Of a DNA stretch of 64,000 bases, positions 1-12,029 are shown piece by piece. The notes below the pieces were generated by a model that worked only from the letters and a program-made list of their open reading frames with translations, had not been told where the DNA came from and did not search any database. Made by a program: the position numbers and the translations under genes. The first letter of the stretch is position 1; each line of letters opens with the position of its first letter. Source of the stretch: Octopus sinensis (taxonomy: Eukaryota); assembly GCF_006345805.1 (NCBI RefSeq), contig NC_043021.1:21390001-21454000 (forward strand). The letters are read 5' to 3'.

Positions 1-500
1 TAAACCATTCCTGTATTTTCACTGGCATCTAGAGATGCTGGTATTGGTAAATGTCAGTGAAATTGATTCAGCACCCCTACGCCATAAAACAAAAAAAGCA
101 AAAGAGAGATATATGGATACTAAAATGGAGAAAGAGTAAAATTCAACATTACAAATAAACATAGGGTGCGAGTGGGATTTCAGTAATTGCGGTGAGAATA
201 TCCATTAGAGTTCTGCTCCTCATACTTCTTCAATAAGGGAATAATAATGCGTTATATTTCGCTTGGTTTCCATCTATAATTTCTGATGGCATATTAACAA
301 ACTCTCAGGTTTTTAATTTGATTTTTTCACTGTAAAAAAATCCTACCTCAAGACACCGCATTGTCATTTCTAACGTGTCACACCATCATACCATTTCTCT
401 CACATGGTGCACACTTATACATTTCCCGCCCTATGTTACACAAGCATACATTTCTCCATACATTACAACATATATCTGTGTGTGTATGTGTGTATATATA

Positions 501-900
501 TTCTTTTACTCTTTTACTTGTTTCAGTCATTTGACTGCGCCATGCTGGAGCACCGCCTTTAATCGAGCAACTCGACGACGGGACTTATTCTTTTGTAAGC
601 CCAGTACTTATTCTATCGGTCTCTTTGCCGAACCGCTAAGTAATGGGGACATAAACACACCAGCATCGGTTGTCAAGCAATGCTAGGGGGACAAACACAG
701 ACACACAAACACACACACGCATATATATACATATATACGACGAGCTTCTTTCAGTTTCCGTCTACCAAATCCAGTCACAAGGCTTTGGTCGGCCCAAGGC
801 TATAGCAGAAGACACTTGCCCAAGGTGCCACGCAGTGGGACTGAACCCGGAGCCATGTGGTTGGTAAACAAGCTACTTACCACACAGCCACTCCTGCGCC
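501..900 (-). mobile_element. tRNA-derived SINE, family A, full length
   Basis: Reverse complement begins GGCGCAGGAGTGGCTGTGTGGTAAG (A-box) and GGTTCAGTCCC (B-box). It has an internal (TA)n(TG)n tract and the tail GGCGGTGCTCCAGCATGGC..CAGTCAAATGACTGAAACAAGTAAAAGAG. More than 10 near-identical copies occur in the window. Confidence 0.9.
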
Positions 901-1339
901 TAAATATATATATATATCCAGCATTGTTGGATAAATATTCTTTCTTTGTGGGTTAACAAGGCTACCAATAGTTTCATGTAAGAAGGAATCTCTTAACAAT
1001 TATCAAGTCTGCCACATGGACACTCGTCTCCATTTTGGATGAGAATACCAATGTGGTGTCGAGCACTTATTCCTACTGTTTGATATTAGCGTGTGTGTGT
1101 GTGTGTGTGTATATGTATATATATATATATTCTTTTATTCTTTCATTTGTTTCAGTCATTTGATTGTGGCCATGCTGGGGCACCACTTTAAAGGGATTTT
1201 TAGCCAAAGAAATTGACCCCAGGATTTATTCTTTGTAAGCCTAGTGCTTATTTATTTGTCTCGTTTGTTGAACTAAGTTATGGGGATTTAAACACACTAA
1301 CATCGTTGGGAGACACAAAGACCCAGACATAAATAAATA

Positions 1340-1381
<42 letters not shown>

Positions 1382-1876
1382 TAGTGTGGCCCTTATTTTT
1401 CAGCTTTCTAAAAGTTTAGCTGTCCCCTCCCTATCTTGGTCCAATTAACAAAAAACCAATCTATGCAAAATATTAGCTCAATTGAACAACTGCAAGGTGA
1501 CCCTCATCGACCTTGAAATATTCATTTGTGCTTTTTACGTGCCACCTGCACAGGAGCCAGTCCAGCAGCACTGGCAACGACCTTGTTCAAATGTTTTTTC
1601 ACGTGCCACCAGCACAAGTGCCAGTAAGGCGATGCAATCTATATATATGACAAAACCATGGTATGTTTGCTGACTCTTTAATCATCTCATAATAATGACT
1701 TTTATTACTACCTCAGTCCATCTAAATGTATATATGTCGTTACCTTTCATAAAAAGCCTTTTCTTTTTTTATTTACAATGTGCATTTTCGTTGATTTTTC
1801 TTATTTTCCCCTTACATTTCCACGTGTATTTTCTATTTTCTTTTAGTAACATATTTCTACTATATATATATATATA

Positions 1877-2208
1877 CCCCGGATCCCCAAAGTACCCTTG
1901 ATCCCCAAAGTACCCCGATCCCCAAAGTACCCCGGACCTCATTGCCCCCGTGCCGCTGACACGTTAAAATGCTCGAACCGATCGTGACCGATGCCGGACC
2001 CTCCGGCCCCTGTGCAGGTGGCACGTGAAAAGCACCCAATCCACTCACGGAGTGGTTGGCGTTAGGAAGGGCATCCAGCCGTAGAAACTCTGCCAGATTC
2101 AGACTGGAGCCTGGAGTGGCCCCTGGCTTCCCAGACCCGGTCGAACCGTCCAACCCGTGCTAGCGCGGAAAGCGGACGTTAAACGATGATGATGATGATG
2201 ATGATGAT
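1877..2208 (+). mobile_element. 5'-truncated RTE-type LINE 3' UTR (family D variant) with (GAT)n tail
   Basis: Shares GGAGTGGTTGGCGTTAGGAAGGGCATCCAGCCGTAGAAA...GCGGACGTTAAACGATGATGAT with the RTE copy at 16874-17649. Three GATCCCCAAAGTACCC units lie at the 5' side; both flanks are (TA)n. Confidence 0.75.
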
Positions 2209-2410
2209 ATATATATAGCGTTTTTTGCCATGATGTCAGTACATTCATCTATAAGAAACACATCTGAAACAGCTGTTGTGAACTTCAACCAATTTGTGTT
2301 CTTCCCTTACATATCCACCCATCCATCTTCTACATAAAGGAATTTGAGTATTCCTTTATTCATGTAGAGTACCAACACATGTGGCACTTATAAGTTTGCT
2401 CACAATATAT

Positions 2411-2666
2411 ATCATCATCATCATCATCATCGTTTAAGTCCGCTTTCCATGCTAGCATGGGTTGGACGGTTCAACTGGGGGTCTGGGAAGCCAGAAGGCT
2501 GCACCAGACTCCAGTCAGATCTGGCAGTGTTTCTACAGCTGGATGTCCTTCCTAATGCCAACCACTCCGTGAGTGTAGTGGGTGCTTTTTACGTGCCACT
2601 GGCACAGGTGCCAGACGTGGCTGGCAAACGGCCACGATCGGATGGTGCTTTTTATGTGCCACCGGC
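2411..2666 (-). mobile_element. 5'-truncated RTE-type LINE 3' UTR (family D)
   Basis: (CAT)n tail on the plus strand, then CGTTTAAGTCCGCTTTCCATGCTAGCATGGG and GTGCCAC..GCAC units; flanked by (TA)n. Confidence 0.8.
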
Positions 2667-2679
2667 ATATATATATATA

Positions 2680-3190
2680 TCTATATATATAAAACTGTAG
2701 TTGTGTGAGTGTCTGTCCCCTTCGATTTAGATTCCTAACTACTCCCACATTTTGCGGTGCAGTTTAACCAAATTCGGTTATCTTATAGTCATGATTCATA
2801 TCGAGCCCGTCTGAGTATTAGCGCGTGTCTACGATGAGTCTACGATTTTAAAAATTATTTAACATCATTTTTTATTCCATTTTAATGCATAATTTTCGTG
2901 TGTCGATGGCGGCGGAGTTGGCGTCCATGGTCACACCTGCACCTGTTTGCTTCTCCCCTTCTTCCCTCCCTCGTGAAGCTGTAGGGAAGGGAGTGTAATG
3001 AAATCAACGTCATAAAGCGTTGTCGAGGAGACCAGCGTTCTTTTAGAACAACGACTTCATGGCTTGAAGACACCAAAACAGAAATGGCTAAGAAAGCCTG
3101 AATTGGCATCTATAAGGGAAGTAACTCTCTAAAAATGCTTATATAGTTAATTCCCTTACAAACCCGAGCAACGCCGGGCGATACTGCTAG
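2680..3190 (+). mobile_element. Non-autonomous Helitron, long variant (511 bp)
   Basis: Inserted between A and T. Starts TCTATATATATAAAA and ends with hairpin CCCGAGCAACGCCGGG (3163-3178) plus CTAG (3187-3190); no TSD. Homologous copy at 44498-44803. Confidence 0.85.
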
Positions 3191-3204
3191 TATATATATA
3201 TTTA

Positions 3205-3480
3205 TTTTATAGAAGGAGCTTCTACAGGACTAGAACTGTTTCATTCAAAAGAAATCATCAGGAAGCTAGTAGACAAGAGTTGTTTTGGCATTTATACATT
3301 TAGGCAGGTTTAAATGGGTGGTGGTGGGGGACTTTTTTGGGGGTAGGCATGGCGCAAAACTGTCATTATAAGGGGAGTGGTCAAAGGAATCGGTGGTAAA
3401 GTAGATAAAAGAATAAATAAAAGAATAAAAAAATAAAAAAATATAAATAAATTTATAAAATGAATTAATTTACTCTGCTA
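3205..3480 (-). mobile_element. Penelope-like element pseudo-LTR-type fragment carrying a hammerhead motif
   Basis: Non-coding segment that ends in the hammerhead at 3217-3267. PLE origin is inferred from the known association of such motifs with PLE pseudo-LTRs. Confidence 0.5.
3217..3267 (-). ncRNA. Type I hammerhead ribozyme motif
   Basis: Minus strand reads AGCTTC-CTGATGA-tTTC TTTT GAAt-GAAA-CAG ttctagtc CTG-T-A-GAAGCT. Stem I is 6 bp, core CUGAUGA and GAAA are intact, stem III is 3 bp plus A-U, cleavage triplet GUA. The first stem II pair is U-U. Confidence 0.75.
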
Positions 3481-3533
3481 TGTATTGAGTACCTTATTTA
3501 CTGTGGTTAACCCCGACTCAACCCGGGACCTAC

Positions 3534-3571
<38 letters not shown>

Positions 3572-3840
3572 GTATATATATATATACAAAGTTCCTAGTC
3601 TTATCATTAAAGACATGAAACTGGCTATTAGCATTTTTGGTCGATAACTTAGGAAGAATTAGGGTCCCTGTGCCTGTCCTACATGTATGTTTTGTAGTAT
3701 TTAATGCATTTTTCACTTATGGAATAACTGAATGTCACACATCCCGACTTTTGTTTTATATATATATATATATATATATTATGACCACTCATGCTATATG
3801 TCACACATTTATGCCTTTCTCCCACATAGCATCATCATAC

Positions 3841-4062
3841 CTATTTCTGTACTACCCACAAGGGCTAAACACAGAGAGGACAAACAAGGACAGACACACG
3901 GATTAAGTCGATTACATCGACCCCAGTGTGTAACTGGTACTTATTTAATCGACCCCGAAAGGATGAAAGGCAAGGTCAATCTCGGCAGAGTTTGAACTCA
4001 GAATGCAACTGCAGATGAAATATGGCTACGCATTTTGCCTGGCGTGCTAACGTTTCTGCCAT
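3841..4062 (-). mobile_element. tRNA-derived SINE, family B
   Basis: Reverse complement: GGCAGAAACGTTAGCACGCC..., GAGTTCAAA B-box, central CTTTCATCCTTTCGGGGTCGATTAAATAAGTACCAG, tail TTTAGCCCTTGTGGGTAGT. About 15 copies occur in the window. Confidence 0.85.
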
Positions 4063-4371
4063 GCACCTGGCACTCACCTATCACTTCATTTTATTTTCTA
4101 TATACCACACCATTGTACGTTCGGCTACATGTTGCACATCCATACCATTTCCCATATTTCCCACCCACTGGCTTCATATATTTTGTTGCCATTTGTCATG
4201 TTTGCTACGCTTTCCTCTTACCATTCTCCTCATAAGGTACCGTCACACAATAGGACACTTCTTCATATTAGCTTTAGATCTTTTTTTTTTTCATATAATA
4301 AATCTTTTACTTGTTTCAGTCATTGGACTGCAGTCATACTGGGGCACAGCCTTAAATAAATAAATAAATCC

Positions 4372-4717
4372 TTAAATCCTTAAAAATGTTTTAGCCCGAA
4401 GGCCACGGCCATGCTGGGGCACCACCGCTGAATGAGCTACACTAATATGTGAATCCACTTCTGATATGTGGCACTTGATCAACAAGGGAGTTTGATGCCG
4501 CTGCCCGCATCTGTGTCTCCTGTCGTGATGTAGGTTCATCTGGGACCCTCGACAAGAAGAGATCCAGTTTAGTTTTAAAGAAACCCACATCCACACCATG
4601 CAAGTCTCTCAGGCATTTAGGGAGGATGTTAAAGAGCTGTGGTCCTCTGAAACCCAAGCTGTTGCGGTATCTGGACCTGTATTTTGATGGTGATGTTGGA
4701 ATCTTTGGCACCATGCA
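4372..4717 (-). mobile_element. CR1-group LINE 3' end (RT C-terminus plus 3' UTR), 5'-truncated
   Basis: ORF 4442-4822 contains NSLGFRGPQLFNILPKCLRDLHGVDVGFFKTKLDLFLSRVPDEP...RAAASNSLVDQV, typical of CR1-group RT C-termini. It is followed by a short UTR and (TTTAAGGA)n tail. Confidence 0.8.
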
Positions 4718-4828
4718 ATGAATAAAATTTGAAGTAAAAATAGAACCGAATGAAATAAATATTTCATTACATATAATCAGCCATTTGTTTAGTTTGTGCA
4801 AATAAAATATTTCTATAAGCACTCAGAA

Positions 4829-4861
<33 letters not shown>

Positions 4862-4886
4862 CACATACACATATACTTACATGGAC

Positions 4887-4947
<61 letters not shown>

Positions 4948-5154
4948 TTATGTACCCACATACACTCATCATAATAATGAAAAATCAAAACAAAGAAGCG
5001 TTGGTTAATAGTTAAGTAGTTTTGTATTTATTTAAATAGTTCAACTAAAACCTCCATCACATGATGGGTTGGTACACGATCAATTTGTTCTCTACAGCTA
5101 CTCTGTCTCTTAAACATTTTAACCATTAGATTTTTACATACACACGAACGTACA

Positions 5155-5692
5155 TATATATATATATATATATATATATGTGTATATATGTATGTATGTA
5201 TATGTGTATATATGTATGTATGTATATGTATGTATATATATATATGTGTATATATGTATGTATGTATATGTATGTATGTATATGTATGTATATATATATA
5301 TGTGTATATATGTATGTATGTATATGTATGTATATATATATATATATGTATTATATATATGTATGTGTATATATGTATGTGTATATATGTATGTAGATGT
5401 ATGTATATAATATAATAGATATATATATATATGTATGTGTATATATGTATGTATGTATATGTCTGGTATATATGTATGTATGTATTTATGTGTATATATG
5501 TATGTATGTATATGTATGTATATATATATATATATTATATATATATATATATAGTATGTGTGATGTATGTATGTGTGTATGTATATATGTATGTTTATAT
5601 ATATATTTTATATTATATATATATATATATATATCGGGTGTGATCTATACACATAAGTATGCATATATATATATATCTTTCTCTCTCCTCCC

Positions 5693-5728
<36 letters not shown>

Positions 5729-5880
5729 AACGTACATATATGTATATATTTATATATTTGTATGTATATATGTATAAGTATATAAATATATATATATATA
5801 TATATATTGTACATATGTGTATATGTATTCAGGTATGAGTGTGCGTGTAAATATATATATACACATATATATCAATGTAT
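5155..5880. repeat. Compound (TA)n/(TATG)n microsatellite
   Basis: Directly visible; source of the MYVCIY-type ORFs. Confidence 0.95.
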
Positions 5881-5999
5881 ATATACTCGCATAATCTCAT
5901 CATAAAATATAGAATCATTTAAATTTTCTTTTTTCATATTTTGAAGCATTTCTTTAAAATGTTTTTTAGTTGATTTAGAAATAATCCAATAAGATGTTA

Positions 6000-8900
6000 T
6001 CATTTTTGTTTAAACAGCACTTGGAAGGGGTTGTACTGGTAGTGTCAAGGGCTTTATTACTTTTAACGGTGATGGTAGCAGTGTCAGTGGTGGTTTCACT
6101 GGTTGTAGTTATGGTCATAGTAGTGGTGGTTAAGGTCATTCATGATAGCGGTGATTGGGGGCTTGATGTTGGTAGTTACTGTGATAGTGTTAGGGGAGAG
6201 ATGTAATGGTGTGGTGTGGTGGTTGTGGTGGCAGCGTTAATGATGATTGTGGTAGTTGTGGTTTTAGTTGAGGTCATGATGATAGCAGTAGTGGTGGTGA
6301 TGATAATGGTAGTACTGTTTGTGGTGGTGGTGCTGGTGGTGGCAGTGTTAGTGGTTGTGGTTGTGTTGGAAGTAGCGTTAATAGTGACTGCAGTAATTGT
6401 GATCTTGGTTGAGGTCATTTTGATGGTTCTAGTGGTGGTGGTAGTGTTAGTGGGGGTTGTGTAAGAAATGGTGGTGGTGGTGGTGATTGTGTCGGCTATA
6501 GTGTTAATGGTAATTGTGTTCTTGGTTCAGGTCATGATGATGGCTGTGGTGGTGGTGGTGGGGGGGTGTTAGTGGGGGTTATGATAGTAATGGTTGTGCT
6601 GTAGTATTAAGTGGTGGTAGTATTAGTGGCTGTAGTTGATGGTGGTGTGGCATTAGTTGTGTTGGTGGTTGTGGTGGTGTTGGTAGTTGTGGTGGTGTTG
6701 GTAGCTGTGTTGGTGTTGGTAGTTGTGGTGGTGTTGGTAGTTGTGGTGGTGTTGGTGGTTGTGGTGGTGTTGGTAGTTGTGGTGGTGTTGGTAGTTGTGG
6801 TGGTGTTGGTAGTTGTGTTGGTAGTTGTGGTGGTGCTGGTGGTTGTGGTGGTGTTGGTAGTTGTGTTGGTAGTTGTGGTGGTGTTGGTGGTTGTGTTGGT
6901 GGTTGTGGTGGTGTTGGTAGTTGTGGTGGTGTTGGTAGTTGTGTTGGTAGTTGTGGTGGTGTTGGTGGTTGTGGTGGTGTTGGTAGTTGTGGTGGTGTTG
7001 GTGGTTGTGGTGGTGTTGGTGGTTGTGGTGGTGTTGGTAGTTGTGGTGGTGTTGGTAGTTGTGTTGGTGGTTGTGGTGGTGTTGGTAGTTGTGGTGGTGT
7101 TGGTAGTTGTGGTGGTGTTGGTGGTTGTGGTGGTGTTGGTAGTTGTGGTGGTGTTGGTAGTTGTGGTGGTGTTGGTGGTTGTGGTGGTGTTGGTAGTTGT
7201 GTTGGTAGTTTTGTTGGGTGTGTTGTGGTTGTGGTGGTGTTGGTAGTTGGTGGTGGTGGTAGTGTGGTGGTGTTGGTAGTTGTGTTGGTAGTTGTGGTGG
7301 TGTGTGGTGGTTGTGGTGGTGTTGGTAGTTGTGTTGGTAGTTGTGGTGGTGTTGGTAGTTGTGGTGGTGTTGGTAGTTGTGTTGGTGTTGGTGGTTGTGG
7401 TGGTGTTGGTAGTTGTGGTGGTGTTGGTAGTGTGGTAGTTGAGATGTGTTGGTGGTTGTGGTGGTGTGGTGGTTGTGGTGGTGTTGGTAGTTGTGGTGGT
7501 TGTGGTGGTTGTGGTGTGTGGTAGTTGTGGTGGTGTTGGTAGTTGAGATGGTGTTGGTGGTTGTGGTGGTGTTGGTGGTTGTGGTGGTGTTGGTAGTTGT
7601 GGTGGTGTTGGTGGTTGTGGTGGTGTTGGTAGTTGTGGTGGTGTTGGTAGTTGTGGTGGTGTTGGTAGTTGTGTTGGTAGTTGTGGTGGTTGTGGTGGTG
7701 TTAGTTGTGGTGGTGTTGGTAGTTGTGGTGGTGTTGGTGTTGTGGTGTGGTGTGGTAGTTGTGGTGGTGTTGGTAGTGTGTTGGTAGTTGTGGTGGTGTG
7801 GTAGTTGTGGTGTAGTGGTGTGGTGTGGTAGTTGTGTTGGTAGTTGTGGTGGTGCTGGTGTTGTGTTGGTAGTTGTGGTGGTGTTGGTAGTTGGTTGTAG
7901 TTGTGGGGTGTTGGTAGTTGTGGTGGTGTGGTGGTTTGTGTGGTAGTTGTGGTGTGTTGGTAGTTGTGTTGGTAGTTGTGGTTGTGTTGGTAGTTGTGTT
8001 GGTAGTTGTGGTGGTGTTGGTTAGTTGTGTTGGGGTTGGTGGTTGTGGTGGTGTTGGTAGTTGTGTTGGTGGTTGTGGTGGTGTTGGTAGTTGTGGTGGT
8101 GTTGGTAGTTGTGGTGGTGTTGGTAGTTGTGGTGGTGTTGGTAGTTGTGGTGGTGTTGGTGGTTGTGGTGGTGTTGGTAGTTGTGTTGGTAGTTGTGGTG
8201 GTGTTGGTGGTTGTGGTGGTGTTGGTAGTTGTGGTGGTGTTGGTAGTTGTGGTGGTGTTGGTAGTTGTGTTGGTAGTTGTGGTGGTGTTGGTGGTTGTGG
8301 TGGTGTTGGTAGTTGTGTTGGTAGTTGTGGTGGTGTTGGTAGTTGTGGTGGTGTTGGTAGTTGTGGTGGTGTTGGTAGTTGTGTTGGTAGTTGTGGTGGT
8401 GTTGGTAGTTGTGGTGGTGTTGGTAGTTGTGGTGGTGTTGGTAGTTGTGTTGGTAGTTGTGGTGGTGCTGGTGGTTGTGGTCGTGTTGGTAGTTGTGGTG
8501 GTGTTGGTGGCTGTGGTGGTGTTGGTAGTTGTGGTAGAGTTAGTAGTTGTGGTGGTGTTAGTAGTTGTGGTGGTGGTGGCATTGGTAGCTGTGTTGTTGG
8601 TGGTGTTGGTAGTTGTGGTGGTGTTGGTGGCTGTGGTGGTGTTGGGGCTGTGGTGGTTGGTAGTTGTGGTAGTGGTGGTGTTGTGGTGTTGGTGGCTTGT
8701 GGTTGGTTGTGCTGTGTGGATGGCTATGGTGTGTTGGTAGTTGTGTGGTGGTGTGTGGGGTGTGGTGGTTGTGGGTGGTGTTGGTGGTTGTGGTGGTGCC
8801 GGTGGTTGTGGTGGGTTGGTAGTTGTGGTGGTGTTGGTGTGTGGTGGTGTTGGTGGTTGTGGTGGTGTGGTAGTTGAGATGGTGTGGTGGTTGTGGTGGT

Positions 8901-9300
8901 GTTGGTAGTTGAGATGGTGTTGGTAGTTGTGGTGGTGTTGGTAGTTGTGGTGGTGTTGGTAGTTGTGGTGGTGTTGGTAGTTGAGATGGTGTTGGTAGTT
9001 GTGGTGGTGTTGGTAGTTGAGATGGTGTTGGTAGTTGTGGTAGTGTTGGTAGTTGTGGTGGTGTTGGTGGCTGTGGTGGTGTTGGTGGCTGTGGTGGTGT
9101 TGGTGGCTGTGGTGGTGTTGGTAGTTGTGGTGGTGTTGGTGGCTGTGGTGGTGTTAGTAGTTGTGTTGGTGGTGGCGTTGGTAGCTGTGGTGTTGGTGGC
9201 TGTGTTAGTAGTTGTGTTGGTGGTGGCGTTGGTAGCTGTGGTGTTGGTGGCTGTGGTGGTGTTGGTCGCTGTGGTGGTGGTGGTAGTTGTGGTGGTAGAA
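6000..9300. repeat. GT-rich trinucleotide-derived minisatellite; core 6620-9297 with 18-bp unit GTAGTTGTGGTGGTGTTG and 12-bp variant GTAGTTGTGTTG
   Basis: About 2.7 kb of tandem units grading into degenerate (GTG/GTT/GTA)n at both ends. Confidence 0.95.
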
Positions 9301-10399
9301 TAAAATAAACAGATAACAGAAATCATAGGAAAACATCTATTAAATTTTAAGATAATATTGATAGAGTTGTGTATACATAATGGGTTTTTTAAATACATTT
9401 ATTACATTTCATCGCAATGTTATTGTTGCTGATGTTGAGCTGATAATGTTACTATGACTGTTGTTGTTGTTGCTGATGGTACTGAGCTGGTGGTGTTGTT
9501 GTTATCGCTAATGCTGCTGCTGTTTATCTCCAGGTCAATCCTGATTGAGTCGACCTTTGATTCAATCAGAAGATCTCCATTCATGACTACCCTGTCTGTT
9601 TTGTATATTTAGGACTACATACTGCATTGTCTAATGTGTCCTTTTTTTTTTTACCTCTTTATCTTTTTTTGGGTTTTTTTTCAGTCAGTGGACTGTGGCC
9701 ATGCTGGGGCAATGAGTGGAACAGTTCAGTTGATGAAATCAAACTCAGTTCCAGTACTTATCCCTGCCAGCCTCTTTTACTGAACTGCTAAGTTACAGGG
9801 ACAAAAACAAACCAACACTGGCTATCAAGTGGTTGGGCGACAAACACAAAGATACACTCACACCATACACACACAAAAAAAACACATTTCTACCATAGTT
9901 TCCTAAGGAACTGATTGGTCTGTCACTATAGTAAACACTTGCCCGAGGTACCACGCAGTGGGGCTGAACCTGAAACCATATGGTTACAGATTGAACTTCT
10001 TAACCACACAGCTATGCATGTACCTGTTTGGTTTTCTCTATCTTCTACCTAAGACAGCAGTGTGTAATTTGAGGGAGATTTAGCTTCTATTTCTAGCACA
10101 TGGTACAACTGGTGTAGTTGGGGTCATGGTGTTTGCTGCTTCTACTGCTGCTGCTGCTGTTGATATTATTGCTATTTGTGTTATCTTTGCTGGTGTTGTT
10201 GTTGTTGACATGTAAACAAATGTTAAATGTTAGTTTAAACTGACCCCTCTCCCATACATGACCCTCCACACCCTCATTTAAAACAATATTTACTCTTCAG
10301 ATATTTCATTCAGCATCCACCTACTCTCTTCCTCTTCATCTCATTTCCTGTACCCCCTCCAATTTAAAAAAAATATATCAATATGTGTCTATATGAATG

Positions 10400-10692
10400 T
10401 GGTGTATATATGCATGTGTATATATGCATGTGTATATATGCATGTGTATATATGCATGTGTATATATGCATGCGTATATATGCATGCGTATATATGCATG
10501 TGTATATATGCATGTGTATATATGCATGTGTATATATGCATGCATATATATGCATGCGTATATATGCATGCGTATATATGCATGTGTATATATGCATGTG
10601 TATATATGCATGCGTATATATGCATGCGTATATATGCATGTGTATATATGCATGTGTATATATGCATGTGTATATATGCATGTGTATATATG
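10400..10692. repeat. 14-bp minisatellite GTATATATGCATG(T/C), about 20 copies
   Basis: Directly visible tandem array; each unit contains the palindrome ATGCAT. Confidence 0.95.
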
Positions 10693-11268
10693 TATCTTCT
10701 TTATCTCCTCTCCATGTTCTTTTTCTTTTTCACTCTCATCTCAAATTCGTTCGTATCCTTCCTTCTCCTTCCTCTTCTCTTTTTAAACAAAACTTTTATA
10801 TCTATCTGTTTCCTTCTTTCTCTCTCTTCCTTTCTTTCCTGTTTTCCTCTCCCTCCCTCTCCACTGTTATTTTTCTTCTTTTTCTTCCTCATCCACCCTG
10901 TTTCTTATTCTTTCCCTTCTTTCACAGTTCTTTCTTTCTTTCTTTCTTTCTGTTCAACTCCACTTTACTGGTTTGCTTTTGTTTTTTTTCATCTTTTTGT
11001 GACCTTTTTCTTTCATCTTTCCTTCTTTTTCTCATTTTACTTTTTCTTTCCATCTTTAATTCCTTCCTTCCTTCCCTCCTTTGATCCTTTCATTTTTTTT
11101 TCTCCCCCTACCCTAACCACCATCATCCCCCTCTACAAATTTATTAGAAAATTCCTGTGAATAATCCTGTTTCTTCGATTCTACATATCTGCTCTGCCCA
11201 CCTCAGCACACCAACTTTAAGGAATACATATTCACTTGACACACACGTGCATGCATATACACATGTAG

Positions 11269-11308
<40 letters not shown>

Positions 11309-12029
11309 TCTTTATGTACATATGCATGCGTGTATCATCTATCTCTTTCTACACACCCCATGATACACATACTATACACACACACACATACGCACACATA
11401 CATATACCCCTCTATGTAAATTGCATAGCACTCAGAGAATACATGCATACATGTGTATATAGGTGTGTGCGTAGATTCAAATTATGTTTTCTAACTTCTA
11501 AATAAGTTATGCTAACAACTGGCTTTTCTATCCACCAACTGCTTTGCATTCAAGAATAGAAGCATATGAAGGAAGCCCCCCTCTCTCTCTCCTCTCTCTC
11601 TCCACTCTCTCCTCTCTCTCTCCCTCTCGCTTCTCCTCTCTCCTCTCTCTCCTCTCTCTCTCCTCTCCCTCTCCTCTCTCCCTCTCTCTCCTCTCTCTCT
11701 CCTCTCTCCCTCTCTCTCCTCTCTCTCCTTCATGCACACATGTATGCCAAATACATATCCACAGGTATATGCATGCATTAGATATACATATGTGGCCATT
11801 ATCATCATTTCAGCATCCAGTTTTCTATGCTTTCATGGGGCAGATAGAATTTGTTGAGGCAGGTTTCTTATAGTTGGATGCTATTCTTGCTCTCAGTTCT
11901 TCCCTGTTTCTAGGCAACCTAATATTCCCCATGACCAAACATGTTTTACCACAGAAGAGGGGAAATGAACATCACTTGTTTGGATGTTAGCCCCTACACG
12001 CAATTTTTTTCTCTCCTTGTTTCTTTTCT

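Noticed and set aside
6611-9398. Long ORFs of 139-319 aa (poly-V/L, PPQLPT, GGVGSC, TTTTN)
   Set aside because: Translations of a minisatellite that lacks stops in several frames; no splice or start context supports a gene.
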